Of a stretch of DNA of 64,000 nt, positions 13,001 through 27,199 are shown in pieces (position 1 is the first letter of the stretch; the number at the start of each line of letters is the position of its first letter). The stretch spans positions 13,888,001 through 13,952,000 of the forward strand of contig OZ176053.1 of the NCBI GenBank assembly GCA_964247055.1. The letters are read 5' to 3'. Position numbers and translations under genes: made by a program. A model generated the notes under the pieces. The model made no database searches. It saw nothing but the letters and a program-made list of their open reading frames with translations, and was not told the DNA's origin. The DNA is from Paragordius varius. Its lineage: Eukaryota; Animalia; Nematomorpha.

Positions 13001-13050
13001 AAAATCGTATAAAATAAATTTTTTAAATATTTAAAAAAATCATAAAAATT
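6550..13050 (+). repeat. Nested segmental duplications with offsets of 2763 bp (16 monomers), 1209 bp (7) and 4144 bp (24)
   Basis: GCTGA at 6683 and 9446. TCCGATCCTCC at 7021, 9784 and 10993. Deletion variant CATGCT at 8611 and 12755. Insertion variant TAAGG at 8321 and 12465. Confidence 0.85.
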
Positions 13051-16000
13051 ACATTTATAGTCCGATCCCCAAAATATTTGGGGTGATGATGGAACTACCA
13101 TAGGGCTACCCAAAAAAATTATGGTGACATCACCTGATCAAATTTGGATTTTAGGTAGCCATTTTATTTTTAAAATCGTATAAAATAAATTTTTTAAATA
13201 TTTAAAAAATTCATAAAAATTACATTTATACTCCGATCTCGAAAATATTTGGGGTGATGATGGAACTACTATAGGGCTACCCAAAAAAAATTTTGGCGAC
13301 ATCACCTGATCAAATTTGGATTTTAGGTAGCCATTTTTATTTTTAAAATCGTATAAAATAAATTTTTTAAATATTTAAAAAATTCATAAAAATTACATTT
13401 ATACTCCGATCTCGAAAATATTTGGGGTGATGATGGAACTACCATAGGGCTACCCAAAAAAAATTATGGCGACATCACCTGATCAAATTTGGATTTTAGG
13501 TAGCCATTTTTATTTTTAAAATCGTATAAAATAAATTTTTTAAATATTTAAAAAATTCATAAAAATTACATTTATACTCCGATCTCGAAAATATTTGGGG
13601 TGATGATGGAACTACCATAGGGCTACCCAAAAAAAATTATGGTGACATCACCTGATCAAATTTGGATTTTAGGTAGCCATTTTTATTTTTAAAATCGTAT
13701 AAAATATATTTTTTAAATATTTAAAAAATTCATAAAAATTACATTTATACTCCGATCTCGAAAATATTTGGGGTGATGATGGAACTACCATAGGGCTACC
13801 CAAAAAAAATTATGGCGACATCACCTGATCAAATTTGGATTTTAGGTAGCCATTTTTATTTTTAAAATCGTATAAAATAAATTTTTTAAATATTTAAAAA
13901 ATTCATAAAAATTACATTTATACTCCGATCTCGAAAATATTTGGGGTGATGATGGAACTACCATAGGGCTACCCAAAAAAAATTATGGTGACATCACCTG
14001 ATCAAATTTGGATTTTAGGTAGCCATTTTTATTTTTAAAATCGTATAAAATAAATTTTTTAAATATTTAAAAAATTCATAAAAATTACATTTATAGTCCG
14101 ATCCCCAAAATATTTGGGGATATGATGGAACTACCATAGGGCTACCCAAAAAAATTATGGTGACACCACCTGATCAAATTTGGATTTTAGGTAGCCATTT
14201 TTATTTTTAAAATCGTATAAAATAAATTTTTTAAATATTTAAAAAATTCATAAAAATTACATTTATAATCCGATCCCCAAAATATTTGGGGTGATGATGG
14301 AATTACCATAGGGCTACCCAAAAAAAATTATGGCGACATCACCTGATCAAATTTGGATTTTAGGTAGCCATTTTTATTTTTAAAATCGTATAAAATAAAT
14401 TTTTTAAATATTTAAAAAAATCATAAAAATTACATTTATAGTCCGATCCCCAAAATATTTGGGGTGATGATGGAACTACCATAGGGCTACCCAAAAAAAA
14501 TTATGGTGACATCACCTGATCAAATTTGGAATTTAGGTAGCCATTTTTATTTTTAAAATCGTATAAAATAAATTTTTTAAATATTTAAAAACTTCATAAA
14601 AATTACATTTATACTCCGATCTCGAAAATATTTGGGGTGATGATGGAACTACCATAGGGCTACCCAAAAAAAATTATGGTGACATCACCTGATCAAATTT
14701 GGATTTTAGGTAGCCATTTTTATTTTTAAAATCGTATAAAATAAATTTTTTAAATATTTAAAAAATTCATAAAAATTACATTTATAGTCCGATCCCCAAA
14801 ATATTTGGGGTGATGATGGAACTACCATAGGGCTACCCAAAAAAAATTATGGTGACATCACCTGATCAAATTTGGATTTTAGGTAGCCATTTTTATTTTT
14901 AAAATCGTATAAAATAAATTTTTTAAATATTTAAAAAATTCATAAAAATTACATTTATAGTCCGATCCCCAAAATATTTGGGGTGATGATGGAACTACCA
15001 TAGGGCTACCCAAAAAAAATTATGGTGACATCACCTGATCAAATTTGGATTTTAGGTAGCCATTTTTATTTTTAAAATCGTATAAAATAAATTTTTTAAA
15101 TATTTAAAAAAATCATAAAAATTACATTTATAGTCCGATCCCCAAAATATTTGGGGTGATGATGGAACTACCATAGGGCTACCCAAAAAAAATTATGGCG
15201 ACATCACCTGATCAAATTTGGATTTTAGGTAGCCATTTTTATTTTTAAAATCGTATAAAATAAATTTTTTAAATATTTAAAAAATTCATAAAAATTACAT
15301 TTATACTCCGATCTCGAAAATATTTGGGGTGATGATGGAACTACCATAGGGCTACCCAAAAAAAATTATGGTGACATCACCTGATCAAATTTGGATTTTA
15401 GGTAGCCATTTTTATTTTTAAAATCGTATAAAATAAATTTTTTAAATATTTAAAAAATTCATAAAAATTACATTTATAGTCCGATCCCCAAAATATTTGG
15501 GGTGATGATGGAACTACCATAGGGCTACCCAAAAAAATTATGGTGACACCACCTGATCAAATTTGGATTTTAGGTAGCCATTTTTATTTTTAAAATCGTA
15601 TAAAATAAATTTTTTAAATATTTAAAAAATTCATAAAAATTACATTTATAATCCGATCCCCAAAATATTTGGGGTGATGATGGAACTACCATAGGGCTAC
15701 CCAAAAAAAATTATGGCGACATCACCTGATCAAATTTGGATTTTAGGTAGCCATTTTTATTTTTAAAATCGTATAAAATAAATTTTTTAAATATTTAAAA
15801 AAATCATAAAAATTACATTTATAGTCCGATCCCCAAAATATTTGGGGTGATGATGGAACTACCATAGGGCTACCCAAAAAAAATTATGGTGACATCACCT
15901 GATCAAATTTGGATTTTAGGTAGCCATTTTTATTTTTAAAATCGTATAAAATAAATTTTTTAAATATTTAAAAACTTCATAAAAATTACATTTATACTCC

Positions 16001-19000
16001 GATCTCGAAAATATTTGGGGTGATGATGGAACTACCATAGGGCTACCCAAAAAAATTATGGTGACACCACCTGATCAAATTTGGATTTTAGGTAGCCATT
16101 TTTATTTTTAAAATCGTATAAAATAAATTTTTTAAATATTTAAAAAATTCAAAAAAAATACATTTATACTCCGATCTCGACAATATTTGGGGTGATGATG
16201 GAACTACCATAGGGCTACCCAAAAAAAATTATGGCAACATCACCTGATCAAATTTGGATTTTAGGTAGCCATTTTTATTTTTAAAATCGTATAAAATAAA
16301 TTTTTTAAATATTTAAAAAATTCATAAAAATTACATTTATAGTCCGATCCCCAAAATATTTGGGGTGATGATGGAACTACCATAGGGCTACCCAAAAAAA
16401 ATTATGGTGACATCACCTGATCAAATTTGGATTTTAGGTAGCCATTTTTATTTTTAAAATCGTATAAAATAAATTTTTTAAATATTTAAAAAATTCATAA
16501 AAATTACATTTATAGTCCGATCCCCAAAATATTTGGGGTGATGATGGAACTACCATAGGGCTACCTTAAAAAAAATTATGGCGACATCACCTGATCAAAT
16601 TTGGATTTTAGGTAGCCATTTTTATTTTTAAAATCGTATAAAATAAATTTTTTAAATATTTAAAAAATTCATAAAAATTACATTTATAGTCCGATCCCCA
16701 AAATATTTGGGGTGATGATGGAACTACCATAGGGCTACCCAAAAAAAATTATGGTGACATCACCTGATCAAATTTGGATTTTAGGTAGCCATTTTTATTT
16801 TTAAAATCGTATAAAATAAATTTTTTAAATATTTAAAAAATTCATAAAAATTACATTTATACTCCGATCTCGAAAATATTTGGGGTGATGATGGAACTAC
16901 TATAGGGCTACCCAAAAAAAATTTTGGCGACATCACCTGATCAAATTTGGATTTTAGGTAGCCATTTTTATTTTTAAAATCGTATAAAATAAATTTTTTA
17001 AATATTTAAAAAATTCATAAAAATTACATTTATACTCCGATCTCGAAAATATTTGGGGTGATGATGGAACTACCATAGGGCTACCCAAAAAAAATTATGG
17101 CGACATCACCTGATCAAATTTGGATTTTAGGTAGCCATTTTTATTTTTAAAATCGTATAAAATAAATTTTTTAAATATTTAAAAAATTCATAAAAATTAC
17201 ATTTATAATCCGATCCCCAAAATATTTGGGGTGATGATGGAACTACCATAGGGCTACCCAAAAAAAATTATGGCGACATCACCTGATCAAATTTGGATTT
17301 TAGGTAGCCATTTTTATTTTTAAAATCGTATAAAATAAATTTTTTAAATATTTAAAAAATTCATAAAAATTACATTTATAGTCCGATCCCCAAAATATTT
17401 GGGGTGATGATGGAACTACCATAGGGCTACCCAAAAAAAATTATGGCAACATCACCTGATCAAATTTGGATTTTAGGTAGCCATTTTTATTTTTAAAATC
17501 GTATAAAATAAATTTTTTAAATATTTAAAAAATTCATAAAAATTACATTTATAGTCCGATCCCCAAAATATTTGGGGTGATGATGGAACTACCATAGGGC
17601 TACCCAAAAAAAATTATGGTGACATCACCTGATCAAATTTGGATTTTAGGTAGCCATTTTTATTTTTAAAATCGTATAAAATAAATTTTTTAAATATTTA
17701 AAAAATTCATAAAAATTACATTTATACTCCGATCTCGAAAATATTTGGGGTGATGATGGAACTACTATAGGGCTACCCAAAAAAAATTTTGGCGACATCA
17801 CCTGATCAAATTTGGATTTTAGGTAGCCATTTTTATTTTTAAAATCGTATAAAATAAATTTTTTAAATATTTAAAAAATTCATAAAAATTACATTTATAC
17901 TCCGATCTCGAAAATATTTGGGGTGATGATGGAACTACCATAGGGCTACCCAAAAAAAATTATGGCGACATCACCTGATCAAATTTGGATTTTAGGTAGC
18001 CATTTTTATTTTTAAAATCGTATAAAATAAATTTTTTAAATATTTAAAAAATTCATAAAAATTACATTTATAATCCGATCCCCAAAATATTTGGGGTGAT
18101 GATGGAACTACCATAGGGCTACCCAAAAAAAATTATGGCGACATCACCTGATCAAATTTGGATTTTAGGTAGCCATTTTTATTTTTAAAATCGTATAAAA
18201 TAAATTTTTTAAATATTTAAAAAATTCATAAAAATTACATTTATTGTCCGATCCCCAAAATATTTGGGGTGATGATGGAACTACCATAGGGCTACGCAAA
18301 AAAAATTATGGTGACATCACCTGATCAAATTTGGATTTTAGGTAGCCATTTTTATTTTTAAAATCGTATAAAATAAATTTTTTAAATATTTAAAAAATAC
18401 ATAAAAATTACATTTATTGTCCGATCCTCCAAAATATTTGGGGTGATGATGGAACTACCATAGGGCTACCCAAAAAAAATTATGGTGACATCACCTGATC
18501 AAATTTGGATTTTAAGTAGCCATTTTTATTTTTAAAATCGTATAAAATAAATTTTTTAAATATTTAAAAAATTCATAAAAATTACATTTATAGTCCGATC
18601 CCCAAAATATTTTAGGTGATGATGGAACTACCATAGGGCTACCTTAAAAAAATTATGGCGACATCACCTGATCAAATTTGGATTTTAGGTAGCCATTTTT
18701 ATTTTTAAAATCGTATAAAATAAATTTTTTAAATATTTAAAAAATTCATAAAAATTACATTTATAGTCCGATCCCCAAAATATTTGGGGTGATGATGGAA
18801 CTACCATAGGGCTACCCAAAAAAAATTATGGTGACATCACCTGATCAAATTTGGATTTTAGGTAGCCATTTTTATTTTTAAAATCGTATAAAATATATTT
18901 TTTAAATATTTAAAAAATTCAAAAAAATTACATTTATACTCCGATCTCGACAATATTTGGGGTGATGATGGAACTACCATAGGGCTACCCAAAAAAAATT

Positions 19001-22000
19001 ATGGTGACATCACCTGATCAAATTTGGATTTTAGGTAGCCATTTTTATTTTTAAAATCGTATAAAATAAATTTTTTTAATATTTAAAAAAATCATAAAAA
19101 TTACATTTATAGTCCGATCCCCAAAATATTTGGGGTGATGATGGAACTACCATAGGGCTACCCAAAAAAAATTATGGCAACATCACCTGATCAAATTTGG
19201 ATTTTAGGTAGCCATTTTTATTTTTAAAATCGTATAAAATAAATTTTTTAAATATTTAAAAAATTCAAAAAAATTACATTTATACTCCGATCTCGAAAAT
19301 ATTTGGGGTGATGATGGAACTACCATAGGGCTACCCAAAAAAAATTATGGCGACATCACCTGATCAAATTTGGATTTTAGGTAGCCATTTTTATTTTTAA
19401 AATCGTATAAAATAAATTTTTTAAATATTTAAAAAATTCATAAAAATTACATTTATAATCCGATCCCCAAAATATTTGGGGTGATGATGGAACTACCATA
19501 GGGCACCCAAAAAAAATTATGGTGACATCACCTGATCAAATTTGGATTTTAGGTAGCCATTTTTATTTTTAAAATCGTATAAAATAAATTTTTTTAATAT
19601 TTAAAAAATTCATAAAAATTACATTTATTGTCCGATCCCCAAAATATTTGGGGTGATGATGGAACTACCATAGGGACACGCAAAAAAAATTATGGTGACA
19701 TCACCTGATCAAATTTGGATTTTAGGTAGCCATTTTTATTTTTAAAATCGTATAAAATAAATTTTTTAAATATTTAAAAAATTCATAAAAATTACATTTA
19801 TTGTCCGATCCTCCAAAATATTTGGGGTGATGATGGAACTACCATAGGGCTACCCAAAAAAAATTATGGTGACCTCACCTGATCAAATTTGGATTTTAGG
19901 TAGCCATTTTTATTTTTAAAATCGTATAAAATAAATTTTTAAAATATTTAAAAAATTCATAAAAATTACATTTATAGTCCGATCCCCATAATATTTGGGG
20001 TGATGATGGAACTACCATAGGGCTACCTTAAAAAAAATTATGGCGACATCACCTGATCAAATTTGGATTTTAGGTAGCCATTTTTATTTTTAAAATCGTA
20101 TAAAATAAATTTTTTAAATATTTAAAAAATTCATAAAAATTACATTTATAGTCCGATCCCCAAAATATTTGGGGTGATGATGGAACTACCATAGGGCTAC
20201 CCAAAAAAAATTATGGCGACATCACCAGATCAAATTTGGATTTTAGGTAGCCATTTTTATTTTTAAAATCGTATAAAATAAATTTTTTAAATATTTAAAA
20301 AATTCATAAAAATTACATTTTTAGTCCGATCCCCAAAATATTTGGGGTGATGATGGAACTACCATAGGGCTACCCAAAAAAAATTATGGTGACATCACCT
20401 GATCAAATTTGGATTTTAGGTAGCCATTTTTATTTTTAAAATCGTATAAAATATATTTTTTAAATATTTAAAAAATTCAAAAAAATTACATTTATACTCC
20501 GATCTCGACAATATTTGGGGTGATGATGGAACTACCATAGGCCTACCCAAAAAGAATTATGGTGACATCACCTGATCAAATTTGGATTTTAGGTAGCCAT
20601 TTTTATTTTTAAAATCGTATAAAATAAATTTTTTAAATATTTAAAAAAATCATAAAAATTACATTTATAGTCCGATCCCCAAAATATTTGGGGTGATGAT
20701 GGAACTACCATAGGGCTACCCAAAAAAAATTATGGCAACATCACCTGATCAAATTTGGATTTTAGGTAGCCATTTTTATTTTTAAAATCGTATAAAATAA
20801 ATTTTTTAAATATTTAAAAAATTCATAAAAATTACATTTATAATCCGATCCCCAAAATATTTGGGGTGATGATGGAACTACCATAGGGCTACCCAAAAAA
20901 AATTATGGTGACATCACCTGATCAAATTTGGATTTTAGGTAGCCATTTTTATTTTTAAAATCGTATAAAATAAATTTTTTAAATATTTAAAAAAATCATA
21001 AAAATTACATTTATAGTCCGATCCCCAAAATATTTGGGGTGATGATGGAACTACCATAGGGCTACCCAAAAAAAATTATGGCAACATCACCTGATCATAT
21101 TTGGATTTTAGGTAGCCATTTTTATTTTTAAAATCGTATAAAATAAATTTTTTAAATATTTAAAAAATTCATAAAAATTACATTTATAGTCCGATCCCCA
21201 AAATATTTGGGGTGATGATGGAACTACCATAGGGCTACCCAAAAAAAATTATGGTGACATCACCTGATCAAATTTGGATTTTAGGTAGCCATTTTTATTT
21301 TTAAAATCGTATAAAATAAATTTTTTAAATATTTAAAAAATTCATAAAAATTACATTTATAGTCCGATCCCCAAAATATTTGGGGTGATGATGGAACTAC
21401 CATAGGGCTACCTTAAAAAAAATTATGGCGACATCACCTGATCAAATTTGGATTTTAGGTAGCCATTTTTATTTTTAAAATCGTATAAAATAAATTTTTT
21501 AAATATTTAAAAAATTCATAAAAATTACATTTATAGTCCGATCCCCAAAATATTTGGGGTGATGATGGAACTACCATAGGGCTACCCAAAAAAAATTATG
21601 GTGACATCACCTGATCAAATTTGGATTTTAGGTAGCCATTTTTATTTTTAAAATCGTATAAAATAAATTTTTTAAATATTTAAAAAATTCATAAAAATTA
21701 CATTTATAGTCCGATCCCCAAAATATTTGGGGTGATGATGGAACTACCATAGGGCTACCTTAAAAAAAATTATGGCGACATCACCTGATCAAATTTGGAT
21801 TTTAGGTAGCCATTTTTATTTTTAAAATCGTATAAAATAAATTTTTTAAATATTTAAAAAATTCATAAAAATTACATTTATAGTCCGATCCCCAAAATAT
21901 TTGGGGTGATGATGGAACTACCATAGGGCTACCCAAAAAAAATTATGGCGACATCACCAGATCAAATTTGGATTTTAGGTAGCCATTTTTATTTTTAATA

Positions 22001-25000
22001 TCGTATAAAATAAATTTTTTAAATATTTAAAAAATTCATAAAAATTACATTTATAGTCCGATCCCCAAAATATTTGGGGTGATGATGGAACTACCATAGG
22101 GCTACCCAAAAAAATTATGGTGACATCACCTGATCAAATTTGGATTTTAGGTAGCCATTTTATTTTTAAAATCGTATAAAATAAATTTTTTAAATATTTA
22201 AAAAATTCATAAAAATTACATTTATACTCCGATCTCGAAAATATTTGGGGTGATGATGGAACTACTATAGGGCTACCCAAAAAAAATTTTGGCGACATCA
22301 CCTGATCAAATTTGGATTTTAGGTAGCCATTTTTATTTTTAAAATCGTATAAAATAAATTTTTTAAATATTTAAAAAATTCATAAAAATTACATTTATAC
22401 TCCGATCTCGAAAATATTTGGGGTGATGATGGAACTACCATAGGGCTACCCAAAAAAAATTATGGCGACATCACCTGATCAAATTTGGATTTTAGGTAGC
22501 CATTTTTATTTTTAAAATCGTATAAAATAAATTTTTTAAATATTTAAAAAATTCATAAAAATTACATTTATACTCCGATCTCGAAAATATTTGGGGTGAT
22601 GATGGAACTACCATAGGGCTACCCAAAAAAAATTATGGTGACATCACCTGATCAAATTTGGATTTTAGGTAGCCATTTTTATTTTTAAAATCGTATAAAA
22701 TCTATTTTTTAAATATTTAAAAAATTCATAAAAATTACATTTATACTCCGATCTCGAAAATATTTGGGGTGATGATGGAACTACCATAGGGCTACCCAAA
22801 AAAAATTATGGCGACATCACCTGATCAAATTTGGATTTTAGGTAGCCATTTTTATTTTTAAAATCGTATAAAATAAATTTTTTAAATATTTAAAAAATTC
22901 ATAAAAATTACATTTATACTCCGATCTCGAAAATATTTGGGGTGATGATGGAACTACCATAGGGCTACCCAAAAAAAATTATGGTGACATCACCTGATCA
23001 AATTTGGATTTTAGGTAGCCATTTTTATTTTTAAAATCGTATAAAATAAATTTTTTAAATATTTAAAAAATTCATAAAAATTACATTTATAGTCCGATCC
23101 CCAAAATATTTGGGGTGATGATGGAACTACCATAGGGCTACCCAAAAAAATTATGGTGACACCACCTGATCAAATTTGGATTTTAGGTAGCCATTTTTAT
23201 TTTTAAAATCGTATAAAATAAATTTTTTAAATATTTAAAAAATTCATAAAAATTACATTTATAATCCGATCCCCAAAATATTTGGGGTGATGATGGAACT
23301 ACCATAGGGCTACCCAAAAAAAATTATGGCGACATCACCTGATCAAATTTGGATTTTAGGTAGCCATTTTTATTTTTAAAATCGTATAAAATAAATTTTT
23401 TAAATATTTAAAAAAATCATAAAAATTACATTTATAGTCCGATCCCCAAAATATTTGGGGTGATGATGGAACTACCATAGGGCTACCCAAAAAAAATTAT
23501 GGTGACATCACCTGATCAAATTTGGAATTTAGGTAGCCATTTTTATTTTTAAAATCGTATAAAATAAATTTTTTAAATATTTAAAAACTTCATAAAAATT
23601 ACATTTATACTCCGATCTCGAAAATATTTGGGGTGATGATGGAACTACCATAGGGCTACCCAAAAAAATTATGGTGACACCACCTGATCAAATTTGGATT
23701 TTAGGTAGCCATTTTTATTTTTAAAATCGTATAAAATAAATTTTTTAAATATTTAAAAAATTCAAAAAAAATACATTTATACTCCGATCTCGACAATATT
23801 TGGGGTGATGATGGAACTACCATAGGGCTACCCAAAAAAAATTATGGTGACATCACCTGATCAAATTTGGATTTTAGGTAGCCATTTTTATTTTTAAAAT
23901 CGTATAAAATAAATTTTTTAAATATTTAAAAAATTCATAAAAATTACATTTATAGTCCGATCCCCAAAATATTTGGGGTGATGATGGAACTACCATAGGG
24001 CTACCCAAAAAAAATTATGGTGACATCACCTGATCAAATTTGGATTTTAGGTAGCCATTTTTATTTTTAAAATCGTATAAAATAAATTTTTTAAATATTT
24101 AAAAAAATCATAAAAATTACATTTATAGTCCGATCCCCAAAATATTTGGGGTGATGATGGAACTACCATAGGGCTACCCAAAAAAAATTATGGCGACATC
24201 ACCTGATCAAATTTGGATTTTAGGTAGCCATTTTTATTTTTAAAATCGTATAAAATAAATTTTTTAAATATTTAAAAAATTCATAAAAATTACATTTATA
24301 CTCCGATCTCGAAAATATTTGGGGTGATGATGGAACTACCATAGGGCTACCCAAAAAAAATTATGGTGACATCACCTGATCAAATTTGGATTTTAGGTAG
24401 CCATTTTTATTTTTAAAATCGTATAAAATAAATTTTTTAAATATTTAAAAAATTCATAAAAATTACATTTATAGTCCGATCCCCATAATATTTGGGGTGA
24501 TGATGGAACTACCATAGGGCTACCCAAAAAAAATTATGGCGACATCACCTGATCAAATTTGGATTTTAGGTAGCCATTTTTATTTTTAAAATCGTATAAA
24601 ATAAATTTTTTAAATATTTAAAAAAATCATAAAAATTACATTTATAGTCCGATCCCCAAAATATTTGGGGTGATGATGGAACTACCATAGGGCTACCCAA
24701 AAAAAATTATGGCGACATCACCTGATCAAATTTGGATTTTAGGTAGCCATTTTTATTTTTAAAATCGTATAAAATAAATTTTTTAAATATTTAAAAAATT
24801 CATAAAAATTACATTTATACTCCGATCTCGAAAATATTTGGGGTGATGATGGAACTACCATAGGGCTACCCAAAAAAAATTATGGTGACATCACCTGATC
24901 AAATTTGGATTTTAGGTAGCCATTTTTATTTTTAAAATCGTATAAAATAAATTTTTTAAATATTTAAAAAATTCATAAAAATTACATTTATAGTCCGATC

Positions 25001-27199
25001 CCCATAATATTTGGGGTGATGATGGAACTACCATAGGGCTACCTTAAAAAAAATTATGGCGACATCACCTGATCAAATTTGGATATTAGGTAGCCATTTT
25101 TATTTTTAAAATCGTATAAAATAAATTTTTTAAATATTTAAAAAATTCATAAAAATTACATTTATAGTCCGATCCCCAAAATATTTGGGGTGATGATGGA
25201 ACTACCATAGGGCTACCCAAAAAAAATTATGGCGACATCACCAGATCAAATTTGGATTTTAGGTAGCCATTTTTATTTTTAAAATCGTATAAAATAAATT
25301 TTTTAAATATTTAAAAAATTCATAAAAATTACATTTATAGTCCGATCCCCAAAATATTTGGGGTGATGATGGAACTACCATAGGGCTACCCAAAAAAAAT
25401 TATGGTGACATCACCTGATCAAATTTGGATTTTAGGTAGCCATTTTTATTTTTAAAATCGTATAAAATATATTTTTTAAATTTTAAAAAATTCAAAAAAA
25501 TTACATTTATACTCCGATCTCGACAATATTTGGGGTGATGATGGAACTACCATAGGCCTACCCAAAAAGAATTATGGTGACATCACCTGATCAAATTTGG
25601 ATTTTAGGTAGCCATTTTTATTTTTAAAATCGTATAAAATAAATTTTTTAAATATTTAAAAAAATCATAAAAATTACATTTATAGTCCGATCCCCAAAAT
25701 ATTTGGGGTGATGATGGAACTACCATAGGGCTACCCAAAAAAAATTATGGTGACATCACCTGATCAAATTTGGATTTTAGGTAGCCATTTTTATTTTTAA
25801 AATCGTATAAAATAAATTTTTTAAATATTTAAAAAAATCATAAAAATTACATTTATAGTCCGATCCCCAAAATATTTGGGGTGATGATGGAACTACCATA
25901 GGGCTACCCAAAAAAATTATGGTGACATCACCTGATCAAATTTGGATTTTAGGTAGATATTTTTATTTTTAAAATCGTATAAAATAAATTTTTTAAATAT
26001 TTAAAAAATTCATAAAAATTACATTTATAGTCCGATCCCCAAAATATTTGGGGTGATGATGGAACTACCATAGGGCTACCCAAAAAAAATTATGGTGACA
26101 TCAACTGATCAAATTTGGATTTTAGGTAGCCATTTTTATTTTTAAAATCGTATAAAATAAATTTTTTAAATATTTAAAAAATTCATAAAAATTACATTTA
26201 TAGTCCGATCCCCAAAATATTTGGGGTGATGATGGAACTACCATAGGCCTACCCAAAAAAAATTATGGCGACATCACCTGATCAAATTTGGATTTTAGGT
26301 AGCCATTTTTATTTTTAAAATCGTATAAAATAAATTTTTTAAATATTTAAAAAATTCATAAAAATTACATTTATAGTCCGATCCCCAAAATATTTGGGGT
26401 GATGATGATGGAACTACCATAGGGCTACCCAAAAAAAATTATGGCAACATCACCTGATCAAATTTGGATTTTAGGTAGCCATTTTTATTTTTAAAATCGT
26501 ATAAAATAAATTTTTTAAATATTTAAAAAATTCATAAAAATTACATTTATAATCCGATCCCCAAAATATTTGGGGTGATGATGGAACTACCATAGGGCTA
26601 CCCAAAAAAAATTATGGTGACATCACCTGATCAAATTTGGATTTTAGGTAGCCATTTTTATTTTTAAAATCGTATAAAATAAATTTTTTAAATATTTAAA
26701 AAATTCATAAAAATTACATTTATACTCCGATCTCGAAAATATTTGGGGTGATGATGGAACTACCATAGGGCTACCCAAAAAAATTATGGTGACATCACCT
26801 GATCAAATTTGGATTTTAGGTAGATATTTTTATTTTTAAAATCGTATAAAATAAATTTTTTAAATATTTAAAAAATTCATAAAAATTACATTTATACTCC
26901 GATCTCGAAAATATTTGGGGTGATGATGGAACTACTATAGGGCTACCCAAAAAAAATTTTGGCGACATCACCTGATCAAATTTGGATTTTAGGTAGCCAT
27001 TTTTATTTTTAAAATCGTATAAAATAAATTTTTTAAATATTTAAAAAATTCATAATTACATTTATACTCCGATCTCGAAAATATTTGGGGTGATGATGGA
27101 ACTACCATAGGGCTACCCAAAAAAATTATGGTGACATCACCTGATCAAATTTGGATTTTAGGTAGCCATTTTTATTTTTAAAATCGTATAAAATAAATT

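Larger units (their letters stand above)
1..26700 (+). repeat. Satellite domain A: GTCCGATCCCC-type monomers predominate, with 7-, 8-, 16- and 24-monomer duplications
   Basis: Markers confined to this domain include ATCACCAGAT (1561, 20221, 21953, 25239), GATCATAT (182, 21093), GATCCTCC (7024, 9787, 10996) and TCGCTGAAT (6681, 9444). Confidence 0.85.
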
